Assembly: GCA_965213685.1 (NCBI GenBank)
Contig: CBDBZY010000031.1
Span: forward strand, 128,001 to 192,000
Length of the DNA stretch: 64,000 nucleotides
Source of the DNA: a bacterium
GTDB lineage: Bacteria > UBA8248
Direction of reading: 5' to 3'
Position numbers and translations under genes: made by a program. The notes beneath the pieces are model-generated. The model saw only the letters and a program-made list of their open reading frames with translations, was not told the origin of the DNA and made no database searches. This document shows, in pieces, positions 21,235-31,397 of this stretch. Every line of letters starts with the position of its first letter. Positions within the stretch are counted from its first letter, which is position 1.

Positions 21235-22269
21235 CTATTTCGGGGCGGGGAAATGATTCCAGGCGAGATTTTCCAGCGCCGCCACCCCGTCGGCGCGCTT
21301 CACGGAAACGCCTCTTGCGGACGGCACGATCTCTCCGACGGGCGTGAGCGGCCCCCCGCCCGCCCGCCGGACGACCTCCTGCAGCGCGCGAACGGACTCT
21401 GGCGGAGCGGTGAGGAGGAGCTCGTAATCCTCTCCGCCATGCAGCACCCACTCCAGGGGGGCGCGCGCCGCGGCGGACGCCGCCTCGGACAGCGCGGCGG
21501 AGACGGGCAACGCCTGCTCCCAGAGGACGGCGCCCACCCCGCTCGCCGCGCAGAGGTGATGGATGTCGCCCGCCAGACCGTCGCTGATGTCCATCATGGA
21601 CGTGGCCAACCCCGATTCCGCGATGGCCATCCCCTCCGCGACGCGAGGACGCGGCCGCAACTGCGCGGAGGTGAGCCGCGCGTATGACGCATCCGCGAGC
21701 CGGTTCCGCGGACGGGACAACAAATGCAGCCCGGCGGCGGCATCGCCCAAATGCCCCGTCACCAGAATCCGCTCCCCGGGGCGGGCGCCGCTGCGGCACA
21801 GGACGTTTTCCCGCATCATCTCGCCAACGACGAACACGTCGATGAACAGGGGACCTTCCGTGCGCGTGACGTTCCCGCCCAAAACGAGGACGCCGTATCG
21901 CTCCGCCAGCGCGCGCACCCCCTCATACGCATCATCGAGAAACGAGACCGCCGTATCTTCGGGGACGCCCAGGGAGATGAGCGCGAAGCGCGGCCTCCCG
22001 CCCATGGCCGACACGTCGCTCAGGTTCACCGCCAGCGACTTGTGGCCCACGGAGAAGCCGGAGGCGTCCGCGGAGGATGGAAAATGCACGCCGCCCACCT
22101 GCGCGTCGCACGTCATCACCCAGCATTTTTCGCCACCCGCCCCGATGACGGCCGCATCGTCCCCGTTGCCGACGAGGACGTCCGCGCCCGCGCGCGCCGG
22201 GCCGAGTTTGCCTCTCAGGCGCTCTATCAGGGCGAACTCGCCGACCCCCCCCGCCGATTCGACGCTCAC
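21235..22269 (-). CDS. thiL: Thiamine-monophosphate kinase
   Basis: GEFALI, GDDAA, NLSDVSAMG, MMDISDGL, GGEDYELL; GTG start overlaps the thiE stop. Confidence 0.92.
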   Translation of the reverse strand: MSVESAGGVGEFALIERLRGKLGPARAGADVLVGNGDDAAVIGAGGEKCWVMTCDAQVGGVHFPSSADASGFSVGHKSLAVNLSDVSAMGGRPRFALISLGVPEDTAVSFLDDAYEGVRALAERYGVLVLGGNVTRTEGPLFIDVFVVGEMMRENVLCRSGARPGERILVTGHLGDAAAGLHLLSRPRNRLADASYARLTSAQLRPRPRVAEGMAIAESGLATSMMDISDGLAGDIHHLCAASGVGAVLWEQALPVSAALSEAASAAARAPLEWVLHGGEDYELLLTAPPESVRALQEVVRRAGGGPLTPVGEIVPSARGVSVKRADGVAALENLAWNHFPAPK

Positions 22270-22910
22270 CCCCTCGCCCTCTCCACGCGGTCCCGCAATT
22301 CCCTGGCCGCGGCTTCCGGGTCGGGCGCCCCCATCACCGCCCCGATCACGGCGACGCCGGATGCGCCGGCCGCCATCAGGGACTCCACGTTCTCGACCCC
22401 GATCCCCCCGATGGCGACGGCGGGCAATCCGGGAGCCCGCTCGATGATTTTCCGGAATCCCTCCGGCCCGATCGGCGCCCGCGCGTCCGCCTTGCTCCCC
22501 GTCGCGTAGACTGGACCCACGCCGATATAGTCCGCACCCTCGCCGGCGGCCCGCGCCGCCCATTCCGATTTTCCGGCCGTCACGCCGTAGAACAGCGCTT
22601 CGCCGGCCATCGCCCTGGCCCTCAGAAGCGGAAAATCCTCTTGCCCCAGGTGCACGCCGTCCGCACCGGAGGCCATCGCCACATCCACCCGGTCGTTCAC
22701 TGTAAAGGCGCAATCCGCTCCCTCCAGCGCCTCGCGCAGCTCATCCGCCAGACGAAGCGTCTCCATTCCGCTCATATGTTTCTCGCGGAGCTGAATCATG
22801 CTCGCCCCGCCCATCGCGGCGGCGCGCACCGCGTCCCTGAGCGCCCACCCGGAAGCCCGGGACAACATCCTCCGGTCGGTGATGACGATCAACGATGGGT
22901 CGAATCTCAT
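22266..22910 (-). CDS. thiE: Thiamine-phosphate synthase
   Basis: QLREK, VNDRVD, GVHLGQED, GPVYATGSK, AIGGI. Confidence 0.93.
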   Translation of the reverse strand: MRFDPSLIVITDRRMLSRASGWALRDAVRAAAMGGASMIQLREKHMSGMETLRLADELREALEGADCAFTVNDRVDVAMASGADGVHLGQEDFPLLRARAMAGEALFYGVTAGKSEWAARAAGEGADYIGVGPVYATGSKADARAPIGPEGFRKIIERAPGLPAVAIGGIGVENVESLMAAGASGVAVIGAVMGAPDPEAAARELRDRVERARG

Positions 22911-23003
22911 GACGTCCCCGAACGGGCGAGACGAAAAGGCACCCCCGCCGCCATGACGGGCAAGGGCGACGTCGACGCGCGTCGGGCGGCCTCCTCCGGC
23001 ATC

Positions 23004-23612
23004 TTACGGAGACAAACCGGCCGCTTTCCCATCGGCGGCGGCGGGTTCGCGGGCGGCCGTTTTCCCCTGAAGCAGACGGCGTATCATCCCGCTCGCCCGG
23101 GCGCCGCTCCAGTCCGCGGTCCCCACGGCCCAGGCGGCCAGCCGCTGCTCGCGGTCGATGAGATAGACCGTCGGCACGAAGCGCACGTTGTGCGTCTGGC
23201 GAGACGTCCAGTCCCGGTCGTGCAGAACCGGATAGTTCAGACCTTTCCCCCTGGCCCACCTTTCCACAAGGCCTGCGCCCGCCCCGTCCACGGAAACGGC
23301 CAGAACCGTGAAATCCTCGCCCCCGTATTTCTTTTGCAGGGCGGAGAACTTGGGCATCTCCTTGTCGCACATCGGGCACCACGTGGCGAAGAAGGCGAGC
23401 AACACCACCTTCCCCCGAAAATCCCCGAGGTTGCGGGGATTTCCGGCGAGGTCCGGATATTGAAAATCCGGCGGCGGCACAGCGTTCTCCGGCGCCGCCC
23501 GCAGAACGTGGAAACGGCTTCTCTGCGCGTCGGCGGGAGAAGCCAGCATCCCCAGAAAAAGCAAGGCGGCCAGGGCGAAGACGTGAGGTCGGGAGAGCGG
23601 AATTGGTCGCAT
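23004..23612 (-). CDS. TlpA/ResA-family thiol-disulfide reductase
   Basis: GKVVLLAFFATWCPMCDKEMP, VPTVYLID; N-terminal signal/anchor. Confidence 0.88.
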   Translation of the reverse strand: MRPIPLSRPHVFALAALLFLGMLASPADAQRSRFHVLRAAPENAVPPPDFQYPDLAGNPRNLGDFRGKVVLLAFFATWCPMCDKEMPKFSALQKKYGGEDFTVLAVSVDGAGAGLVERWARGKGLNYPVLHDRDWTSRQTHNVRFVPTVYLIDREQRLAAWAVGTADWSGARASGMIRRLLQGKTAAREPAAADGKAAGLSP

Positions 23613-23757
23613 GACGCTTCCTCGTGTACACTGGAAGATGCCGTTCGCAAGATACCACATTTCTGCCCGTGCGAACCACGGCCCGTGCGAACCACGCAAG
23701 CGGGCGTCGCGCGGAATCCGGGCGGAAAGGGGATACATAATAAGGGGAGCGCCGGTC

Positions 23758-24618
23758 ATGTGGTCCATCCTGGTCGCGTTCTCGCTCCTCGCACTCCCCC
23801 CTCCCGCAGAGGGGGCGGCCCGCCGTTGCGCGGAGGATGCGGGCGTCGTCAGAATCCCGCCGGGCGCCTTCTGGATGGGCAGCGACAGGGCCGAGCGGGA
23901 CTATGGCTATCGAATCGGGAGCCGCGCCGCGCGCGCGGGGGGCTGGTTCGACAACTGGGAGCGTCGGCGCAAGCGCGTCGCCCTGCCCGAATACTTCATC
24001 GACAAGAATCTGGCGACCCAGGCCGCATACCGCCGCTTCATCCGGGCGAGCGGCCATCGCGCGCCCTTCATCTCGGCGGGGGACTATCAGCGCCAGGGCT
24101 ACCTCGTCCACCCGTATGCGTCCGTTCGCCGCTACCTTTGGACTGAAGACGAAAACGGCAGGCCCACCTACCCGGAGGGCCTCCGGCATCACCCGGTCGT
24201 GCTCGTGAGCCAATCGGACGCGGAGGCCTATTGCGCCTGGCGGGGCGGAAAATCCGCGGGGCGATACCGCCTGCCCACAGAGGCGGAATGGGAAAAGGCG
24301 GCGCGCGGCGCCGACGCCCGGTATTTCCCCTGGGGGAGCGCATTCGACCCCCGGCGCCTGAACCACGCCTACGCGGTGGGCGCCACGACGCCCGCAGGCG
24401 CATATCCGCAGGGAAGAAGCCCGTATGGCGTCCTCGACATGGCGGGAAACGTTTTTGAATGGACGTCGACCCCGTTTTCCCCATCAACCGCCACGATGAA
24501 AGGCGGCGGCTCCTGGGACGACCAGCCAGGCATCACGCGGGCGGCCGCCCGCCATGGCCGCGACCCGAAGGCCAGGCACTTGCTTTTTGGCTTTCGGTGC
24601 GTTTGCGCGAACCGATGA
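23758..24618 (+). CDS. Exported FGE-sulfatase (SUMF1-like) domain protein
   Basis: IPPGAFWMGS, HPVV, RLPTEAEWEKAARG, DMAGNVFEW, GFRC. Confidence 0.88.
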   Translation: MWSILVAFSLLALPPPAEGAARRCAEDAGVVRIPPGAFWMGSDRAERDYGYRIGSRAARAGGWFDNWERRRKRVALPEYFIDKNLATQAAYRRFIRASGHRAPFISAGDYQRQGYLVHPYASVRRYLWTEDENGRPTYPEGLRHHPVVLVSQSDAEAYCAWRGGKSAGRYRLPTEAEWEKAARGADARYFPWGSAFDPRRLNHAYAVGATTPAGAYPQGRSPYGVLDMAGNVFEWTSTPFSPSTATMKGGGSWDDQPGITRAAARHGRDPKARHLLFGFRCVCANR

Positions 24619-24801
24619 GGCCGCATTCTCCAAGAAGCGGCGCCGCGACCGGTCTGTCCGGAACACGGGGGAACGCTCCCGCATTCCACGCCGCCGCCCG
24701 ACGCGGAGCGTTCCCATGCGCCGACAAATGCGCCATATTCCCCCTTGGGCGTTGCGCCCCCGGCAGAGAATCTCCTTTCCCCGTTTGCGCAGGAGCGCGC
24801 C

Positions 24802-25401
24802 ATGACCTGGATAGAGCCCATCTCCCCGGACGCTGCGGAGGGGGCGACGAAAAAAATTCTCGAAGACCTGCGCGCGGCGAGAAAAGCGGTTCCCAGGCTC
24901 TTTCTCCAGATGGGCCGAAGGCCCGGCGTTCTGGCCGGACGCGAGACGCTCCGCCGCTCGGTCCACGGCGGCTCCAGCCTGGGCAGGAGGCGAGAGGAGC
25001 TGCTCGCCTTCTATCTGGCGGCCCACGGCGGGTGATACGGCTGAGCGATGAACCACGGGCAGTTGTTCCGTGACGCGTGCGATGACGTCTCCATCGCCGA
25101 AGTGGCCGAGATACTCGACGCGCCCGCCCGGGCGCGAGCGCTCGACTCGGCGGACCGCGCCATGCTCGCGTATGCGGCAAAAATGACCCGCGCGCCTCGT
25201 CAACTGAGCGAAAGCGACATCGCGCGCTTGCGGCGCGCCGGCTTCAGCGAGGACAATGTGGTCGACATCATCGCGGCCGCGGCCTACAGAAACTTCGCCA
25301 ACGCCATCAACCACGCCTACGGGTACGTAGAGCAAAATCCCGAAGGCCCCGCAGAGTTGCAGGCCGCCATCCAGAGGTTGAAAAGGAAAATCGGTGGATA
25401 A
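24802..25401 (+). CDS. AhpD/CMD-like peroxidase, predicted selenoprotein with a UxxU motif (TGA at 25033 and 25042)
   Basis: Continuous frame RREELLAFYLAAHGG-U-YG-U-AMNH...AMLAYAAKMT...LRRAGFSEDNVVDI...NFANAI; both TGAs sit at the AhpD CxxC-xxx-H positions; AGGAG RBS before 24802. Confidence 0.85.
25054..25072 (+). promoter_or_regulatory. Putative bacterial SECIS hairpin (UxxU AhpD)
   Basis: CACGGG-CAGTTGT-TCCGTG stem begins 9 nt after the second UGA; apical GU. Confidence 0.55.
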
Positions 25402-26143
25402 AAAATCCCGCGCCCTCTCCTCCGCCTCCTGGCTGGGCCTGTTCGTATCGCTCGCCTGCGCATTGGCCGCCCTGGCGTCGGGGATGGGCCATCGCTGGGG
25501 CTTGTGGGATTTCGGCGCGGGGTTCCAGATTCTGAAGGCCGCCTCCATCGTCGCGCTCCTCTCCGTGGCCGTCTCCATGACGGGGGGAGTGTTCGCCCTG
25601 CGCGACGCCGCCAGAGCTAGGACGCTGGCCGCCGCCGCCGGCGTCGCACTCGGCTTCGGCGTGGCGGGCTTTCTCCACGCGCAAATGCAGATCGCCAGAC
25701 GGGTGCCCAGAATTCACGACATCACGACGGACGCGAAAAACCCGCCCGCCTTCCGGGCCCTCCTCCCGCTGAGAGAGGGGGCGAAAAACCCGCCCGCCTA
25801 CGAGGGGGCGCGCGTCGGACGGCTCCAGCACAAGGCGTATCCCGACATCGCGCCGCTCCTCTCCCGGGAGTCCAGGAGAGAGGTTTTCGGGCGCGCTCTG
25901 GCGGCCGCGCGCGCCATGGGCTGGCGGGTGGTGGCTTCCGACCCGGAGGAAGGACGCATCGAGGCGTATGACGAGACGTTCTGGTATGGCTTCATCGATG
26001 ACGTCGTCATCCGGATAACGTCGGAGGATGGAGCGACGCGCCTCGACATCCGCTCGAAATCCCGCGTGGGCGTGGGCGACGTCGGAGCGAACGCCAGGCG
26101 GATTCGCGGCTTTTTCCAAAAAATGAAAACTGCGATACACTGA
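25394..26143 (+). CDS. DUF1499 domain membrane protein
   Basis: Three TM segments, then PRIHDITTD, AYPDI, WYGFIDDVVIR, DIRSKSRVG.GDVGANARRI. Confidence 0.88.
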   Translation: MDKKSRALSSASWLGLFVSLACALAALASGMGHRWGLWDFGAGFQILKAASIVALLSVAVSMTGGVFALRDAARARTLAAAAGVALGFGVAGFLHAQMQIARRVPRIHDITTDAKNPPAFRALLPLREGAKNPPAYEGARVGRLQHKAYPDIAPLLSRESRREVFGRALAAARAMGWRVVASDPEEGRIEAYDETFWYGFIDDVVIRITSEDGATRLDIRSKSRVGVGDVGANARRIRGFFQKMKTAIH

Positions 26144-26214
26144 GGGCCTCTGCTTTTTCTGGCGAGGATGCGCCATGAGAGGATGGCGCCTCGAACATCC
26201 TGACGAGGAAGCGG

Positions 26215-28537
26215 ATGTCTGATTATCAGGTGCTGGGCAAACCCATCCCCAGGCTCGACTCGGCGGAGAAAGTCTCCGGATTCGCCGATTTTGGCGACGA
26301 TTTGCAAAGGCCCGGCCGCCTCGTCGCGAAATTGCTCCTCAGCCCGCACGCCCACGCCAAAATCCGGAAAATCGACGCCCGCGCGGCCCGGCAAGTCCCT
26401 GGCGTCCACGCCGTCGTCACGGCGGAGGATTTCTCCGGCATTCGCCACGGGAGGCTCGTGCGCGACGAGCCGCTGCTGGCCATCGACAAGGTGCTGTATA
26501 TCGGCGAGCGGGTGGCGGCCGTCGCCGCCGAGACCCCGGAGGCCGCGCAGGCGGCGATCGAGAAAATCCGTGTGGACTATCAAACCCTCCCCGCCGTGTT
26601 CACGACGGAGGACGCCCTCCAAGACGGGGCACCGCTCCTCCATGAGTCGCTGGATGATTTCATATCGTTTCCGGGCATCGTCCGCTATGGAAACGTGGCC
26701 GCGGAGATTCTCGTGCGCTCGGGCGATCCCGTCGAGGACGCGCTGGCGCGCGCCGATTTCGTCTTTGAGGACGCATACGAAACGCCCCGCGTTCACCAGA
26801 ATTATCTCGAACCGCGCGCCATGCTCGCCGAGCCCGGCCCCGAGGACAGCACGATCGTGCATTCCCCCACCCAGGCGGCCTTCGTGGTGCGCGCCATCTG
26901 CGCGGAAATCCTCGAACTGCCCATGAACAAGCTGCGCGTGGTGAGCACCCACGTGGGAGGGGCCTTTGGCGGCAAATCCCAGCACCTGCTGGAAGCCGTG
27001 GCCGTTCTGCTGAGCAGAAAGACGAACCGGCCCGTTCAGCTGACCCTCAGCCGCGAGGAGGAGACCATCACCGGAAACCCGAGACACGCCTACCACATGC
27101 GCTATCGGACGGGCGTGACCGGGGAGGGGAGGATCATCGCGCGCCATGTGGAAATCACATCGAACAACGGCGCCTATTGCATGACGGGGCCCATGGTGCT
27201 GGGAAAGTCCTGCTACACCAGCGGGGGGCCATACAAGATTCCCCACGTCCGGGTCGACGGCCTCCTCGTATATACGAACCTGCCCCCCAGCGGCTCCTAC
27301 CGGGGGCTGGGCGTGGCGCAGGTCGCCTTCGCCTGCGAGCGTCACACCGACCGCATCGCCTCCGAACTGCGAATGGACCCCCTCGCCTTTCGGCTCCGCA
27401 ACGCGATGGATGAAAACGACCGCGACCCCGCCGGCACGATCCTGCAAAGCGTGAGCATCAAGGAAACGCTGGAGTGCGCGGGCAGGCGGGCCGGCTGGAA
27501 GGAGCGGAGCGGCAAGCGCCGGGGCGGCGGCAGAATCCGGCGGGGGCGGGGCATCGGCTGCGCGCGCTACCCCACGGGGGGCGGCGCGTCGGGGGCTGTC
27601 GTGAAGGTGAACGAGGATGGCGGCCTCGCCGTGCTGGCCGGGTGCTCCGACCTGGGCACGGGAGCGGCCACCCTGATGGCGCAGGTGGCGGCGGAGGTCC
27701 TCCAGTCGGAGGTTGCGAAGGTGCGCGTTCACGTCGCCGACACCGAAACCACGCCCTTTGACGCCATCACCGCCGGCAGCCGAACCACGTTCAACATGGC
27801 ACACGCAGTGCGCATGGCGGCGGAGGACGCGCGGGAGCAGATGCTGCGCCAGGCGGCGCGCACCCTCGAATCCTCGCCGGAGGATTTGGACATCGGCGAG
27901 GGGAACATATTCGTGCGCTCGGCGCCCTCGCGCGCCATTCCGTTCGCCGAGGTGGCGCACGCGGCCGTCTGGAAGGGCGACGGCCCCGTGACGGGGCGCG
28001 GCGCCTACCGCGGAGAGAATCCGCCCCACCGGGCACACAACGTGCGGGGGCATCCGGAACCATCGAGGCCGGGGCCGGAATTCGCCACCCAGATCGCCGA
28101 GGTCGAAGTCGACGTCGAGACGGGAGAAACCTCGGTCGTGCGGATCACCAGCGCGCAAGACGTGGGCTTCGCCATGAACCCCCTCACCCTGAACGGCCAG
28201 ATAGAGGGGGGGCATCGCGCAGGGGCTGGGCTGGGCGCTGGCCGAGCGGATTCACCATGAGGGCGGCCTCATCACCCACCCGGACTTCGAGAGCCAGCTC
28301 AATCCCACGAGTCTGGACGTCTCGGACGTCGAGAGCGTGATCGTGGAATCGCCCGACGCGGAGGGCCCCTTTGGCGCGAAAGGAGCGGGGGAGATGCCGC
28401 TCATTCCGGCTGCGCCCGCCATCGCCAACGCGATTGCCGACGCCATCGGGGATCCGGCGAACCCGCACCTCAACAGGCTGCCCATCGCACCGGAAGACAT
28501 CGTCCGCGCGGTTCGGGAGAACAGCCCCGCCCCCTAG
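26215..28537 (+). CDS. Xanthine dehydrogenase/CoxL-family molybdopterin-binding subunit, apparent frameshift in G-run ~28208
   Basis: SPHAHAKI, YLEP, VGGAFGGK, YRGLG, AGSRTT, GQIEGG|IAQGLG, GPFGAKGAGE. Confidence 0.9.
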
Positions 28538-28538
28538 T

Positions 28539-29822
28539 CTATTCGTTTTTCAACGCGAACGTTTCGTCGTAAATATCAAAGCTGGAAGACGCCGCCATAT
28601 CCCGCGCCCGCGCGATGAGCCGGCGCGACAACGCGGAGATATTCGGGTTTTTGAGGAAATTGACGTAGAAGCCGTGATAAAAGGCGTCGGGCCGCACATG
28701 CACGCGCACCCGGAGCCGCACGGCGCCCTTCGCGCGCCTCCTTCCATATCGGAACGTGATGGATTTTTGCGGGGGAATGCGCGTGTCATATATCTCGCGA
28801 CGAAAATCCGGCGATAGTTTCCGCTCCATCACGTCCACCTGCCTCGAACCCGGTATGGTCTCTCCCTTCTCGTCCTCCATCTCGGAGATGAGGTCCACGG
28901 CGGGCGTGATGTAGGTGGGAAAATAATGACCGGCCCCTGAATTCGTGATCGTGATCCGGGCGGCGACGCGCTCCCCCGGGACCTTCTCGTCGAGTGCGAC
29001 GTCTATCTGCACGGCACCCTGGGTCATCTCCTTGTCATGGATTCCCCGCCACAGATGCGCGCGCCCGGGCATGTGGCAACTCTGGCAGGCGACGCCCTCC
29101 GCACCCCAAAGCGAGTTTTTCCATTCATTGTATGTATTCTGAATCGGCTTTCCGTTCGGCCCGGCGAACGTGTGCTGGTGGCAGCCCATGCAAAACTCCG
29201 CGCGGCTGAAGAAAGGCGTGCGCTCCACTCCGGCGTGCGGGCCGCTGCTCGTCGCGTCGTTCACCCCCTCCGGGGTATCCTTCTTGGGCGGGCCATGCAC
29301 CCTCCACTGCCGCACATGACATGCGGCACAGGCCAGGCCATGCATCTCCAGCTGCGGGTCGTGCGTCGGGTTTTTCCCCCAACGCGCAAAGGGGCCCACG
29401 CCCAGCTTCGCCTTTTTCTGCTGCTCCGCCAGAGGCGCGTGGCATTCGTTGCAGTCCCGCGCCCCCTCGGGATCCGTCTCCCACATATCGACGAGTTGTC
29501 CATAGAAGCCCGGGCTCATCGCCTTGGCGTGAAGGGTGGTTCGCCACTGCTTGTACTGCTCGGGATGGCAGCCCCCGCAACTCTCGGGCCGAAGGGAGCG
29601 CTCGGCGCCCTCGTATGATTTGGGCGCCTCGCCCATGGGAGGCAGCGGATAGCGAAAATGCGCGTCCACAAAATCTCGCCAATCCTTCCATTTTCCGGGA
29701 CGCGCCTCCTTCCCCGCCGCCTCGACGGAGGGGTGGGCGGGCGCATCCGGCGCATCCTGCGAGACGCAGGGGATGAGGACGAAGAAAATACCGAGAACGG
29801 CTATCCTGAACGCAAAACGCAT
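28539..29822 (-). CDS. Pentaheme cytochrome c (c554/c552-like)
   Basis: Five CxxCH motifs (CGGCH, CNECH, CAACH, CMGCH, CQSCH), N-terminal signal and GAGHYFPT C-terminal domain. Confidence 0.88.
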   Translation of the reverse strand: MRFAFRIAVLGIFFVLIPCVSQDAPDAPAHPSVEAAGKEARPGKWKDWRDFVDAHFRYPLPPMGEAPKSYEGAERSLRPESCGGCHPEQYKQWRTTLHAKAMSPGFYGQLVDMWETDPEGARDCNECHAPLAEQQKKAKLGVGPFARWGKNPTHDPQLEMHGLACAACHVRQWRVHGPPKKDTPEGVNDATSSGPHAGVERTPFFSRAEFCMGCHQHTFAGPNGKPIQNTYNEWKNSLWGAEGVACQSCHMPGRAHLWRGIHDKEMTQGAVQIDVALDEKVPGERVAARITITNSGAGHYFPTYITPAVDLISEMEDEKGETIPGSRQVDVMERKLSPDFRREIYDTRIPPQKSITFRYGRRRAKGAVRLRVRVHVRPDAFYHGFYVNFLKNPNISALSRRLIARARDMAASSSFDIYDETFALKNE

Positions 29823-30141
29823 CGCACGCTTCCTGAGCCGGCGGCCGGCCTGCGCGTTCCATCTATTTTTGCGGCGCGACATTCGCGCGAAGACGCGCCG
29901 GAGCGGGAAAAACGCAAGGAATTGTAGCGTCCCCGTCCGTCTGTTTCCAGCGGGCATCCAGACCGCCCCCCTTTCCCGAGGGGGGTGCGCTCCGCCGCCA
30001 AAGGAGCCGGTGGTTCGTCGCCTGCGAAAAACGACGCCCTCCCGGTGCGGGCGCGGCGACTTTTACTTGCGGGATGGAATCCGATAGGGTCTGTGCGTCC
30101 AGACGACCGATTCCGACGCTTCCCGCCGAACCTGGAGTCCT

Positions 30142-30639
30142 GTGATGAATCTCGCCATACGCCCGGCCACCCCTGCGGACTCGGAGAAAATCATCGCATT
30201 CAACATGGAGATGGCGTGGGAGAGCGAAAGCCTGCGCCTCGACCGCGCGACAGTCCGCCGGGGAGTGGAAAAATCCCTCTCCGACCCATCGCTGGGCCGA
30301 TACTATCTCGCGCATCTCGGAGGCGAAACGCTGGGCCAGATTCGGGTCACCCTGGAGTGGAGCGACTGGAACAACGCGCATTACTGGTGGATTCAGAACG
30401 TATACGTCATCCCCTCTGCGAGAAGGCAGGGGGTCTACAGCGCCCTGCACCATTACGTGAAAAATCTCGCCGGCGGGGCGGGCGCCTGCGGCCTGCAGCT
30501 ATACGTGGACGCGCAAAACGCGGACGCGCAGCGGGCCTACGAAAGGCTGCGCATGGAGCAAAGCCACTATCTGATTTTCGAGCAGGTCGCAGAGGGGAAG
30601 AACCGCCAGGAGAAGCGCCGCGCCCCCTCATCCGCATGA
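30142..30639 (+). CDS. GNAT family N-acetyltransferase
   Basis: IRPATPAD, EWSDWNN, IQNVYV...RRQGVY, N..AQRAYERL. Confidence 0.88.
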   Translation: MMNLAIRPATPADSEKIIAFNMEMAWESESLRLDRATVRRGVEKSLSDPSLGRYYLAHLGGETLGQIRVTLEWSDWNNAHYWWIQNVYVIPSARRQGVYSALHHYVKNLAGGAGACGLQLYVDAQNADAQRAYERLRMEQSHYLIFEQVAEGKNRQEKRRAPSSA

Positions 30640-30727
30640 TGGCCCGGCCTCTCGCATGCGGCGGAGGGCGTCGTCCGCCGCCGTCCCCGCCCCGAGCGAC
30701 GCGAATCCCGGGACGTTCGGGGGGAGG

Positions 30728-31273
30728 CTAGCGCCCTTCTTGATTTCTCTTGAGGGGGATGACGTCGGCAGGTTTCCGCGCGCCCTTGCGGCGGCTCGCC
30801 CGCCAGGAGGGAGGCCAGACATAACGCACCCGCCACGCGGCGCGCGCCGCGCCTCCCACCACCCACGTGGCGACGCTTCCCGCGGCGCGGGTTCTTTGTC
30901 CCAGCGAGCGGAACGCCTTTTTCCCGCCCTCCTCGCCGATGGAGACGAGGCGCGACGTCGCCTCCCGCGCCGCGCCAATCGGCCGAAGCGCCTGGGCGAT
31001 GGCCTGGCGCAAAACCCACCGAATCATCCAGCAGAACAAGACGGAAAGCGCCAGAAAGACGCCCAGCACCTTGAACCCCCGTTCGGGTTCATCCACTATC
31101 ATCACGCTCGTCTGGGCGATGCCGTAAAACGCCAGACCCACCATCGCCAGGCCAACGGCCACGGCACCGCCCGAGCGCGTTATCACCCGCAAGAGGCCAA
31201 ACATCCCCATCTCCCAGGACATGCCGATGCGAGAGAACCTCCTCGATGCGCCCACCATACCCCATTTCCCCAA
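30728..31273 (-). CDS. Hypothetical membrane protein (start uncertain)
   Basis: Two hydrophobic segments and a basic C-terminus ending DVIPLKR; fills the gap between the GNAT gene and serS. Confidence 0.45.
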   Translation of the reverse strand: MGKWGMVGASRRFSRIGMSWEMGMFGLLRVITRSGGAVAVGLAMVGLAFYGIAQTSVMIVDEPERGFKVLGVFLALSVLFCWMIRWVLRQAIAQALRPIGAAREATSRLVSIGEEGGKKAFRSLGQRTRAAGSVATWVVGGAARAAWRVRYVWPPSWRASRRKGARKPADVIPLKRNQEGR

Positions 31274-31317
31274 CCGAAATCCAGCGCGAGTGCCTCACGT
31301 CCTGCGAGGCGTTTCCG

Positions 31318-31346
31318 TTGACGCGCGAAAACTCTCGTTTTATGTT
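31318..31346 (+). promoter_or_regulatory. Sigma70-type promoter upstream of serS
   Basis: TTGACG, 17-bp spacer, TATGTT. Confidence 0.55.
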
Positions 31347-31397
31347 CACTGTCCCGGGCGCGAACGCCGCGACGCCTCGCCGTGAAGGAGCCGGAAA

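Noticed and set aside
23004-23612. TlpA as another selenoprotein
   Set aside because: The active site is an ordinary WCPMC with no in-frame TGA.
23758-24618. FGE-domain protein as selenoneine/ergothioneine synthase (SenA/EgtB) or a true formylglycine-generating enzyme
   Set aside because: No DinB-like N-terminal domain, it has a signal peptide, the FGE catalytic Cys pair is absent, and no senB/senC lies nearby.
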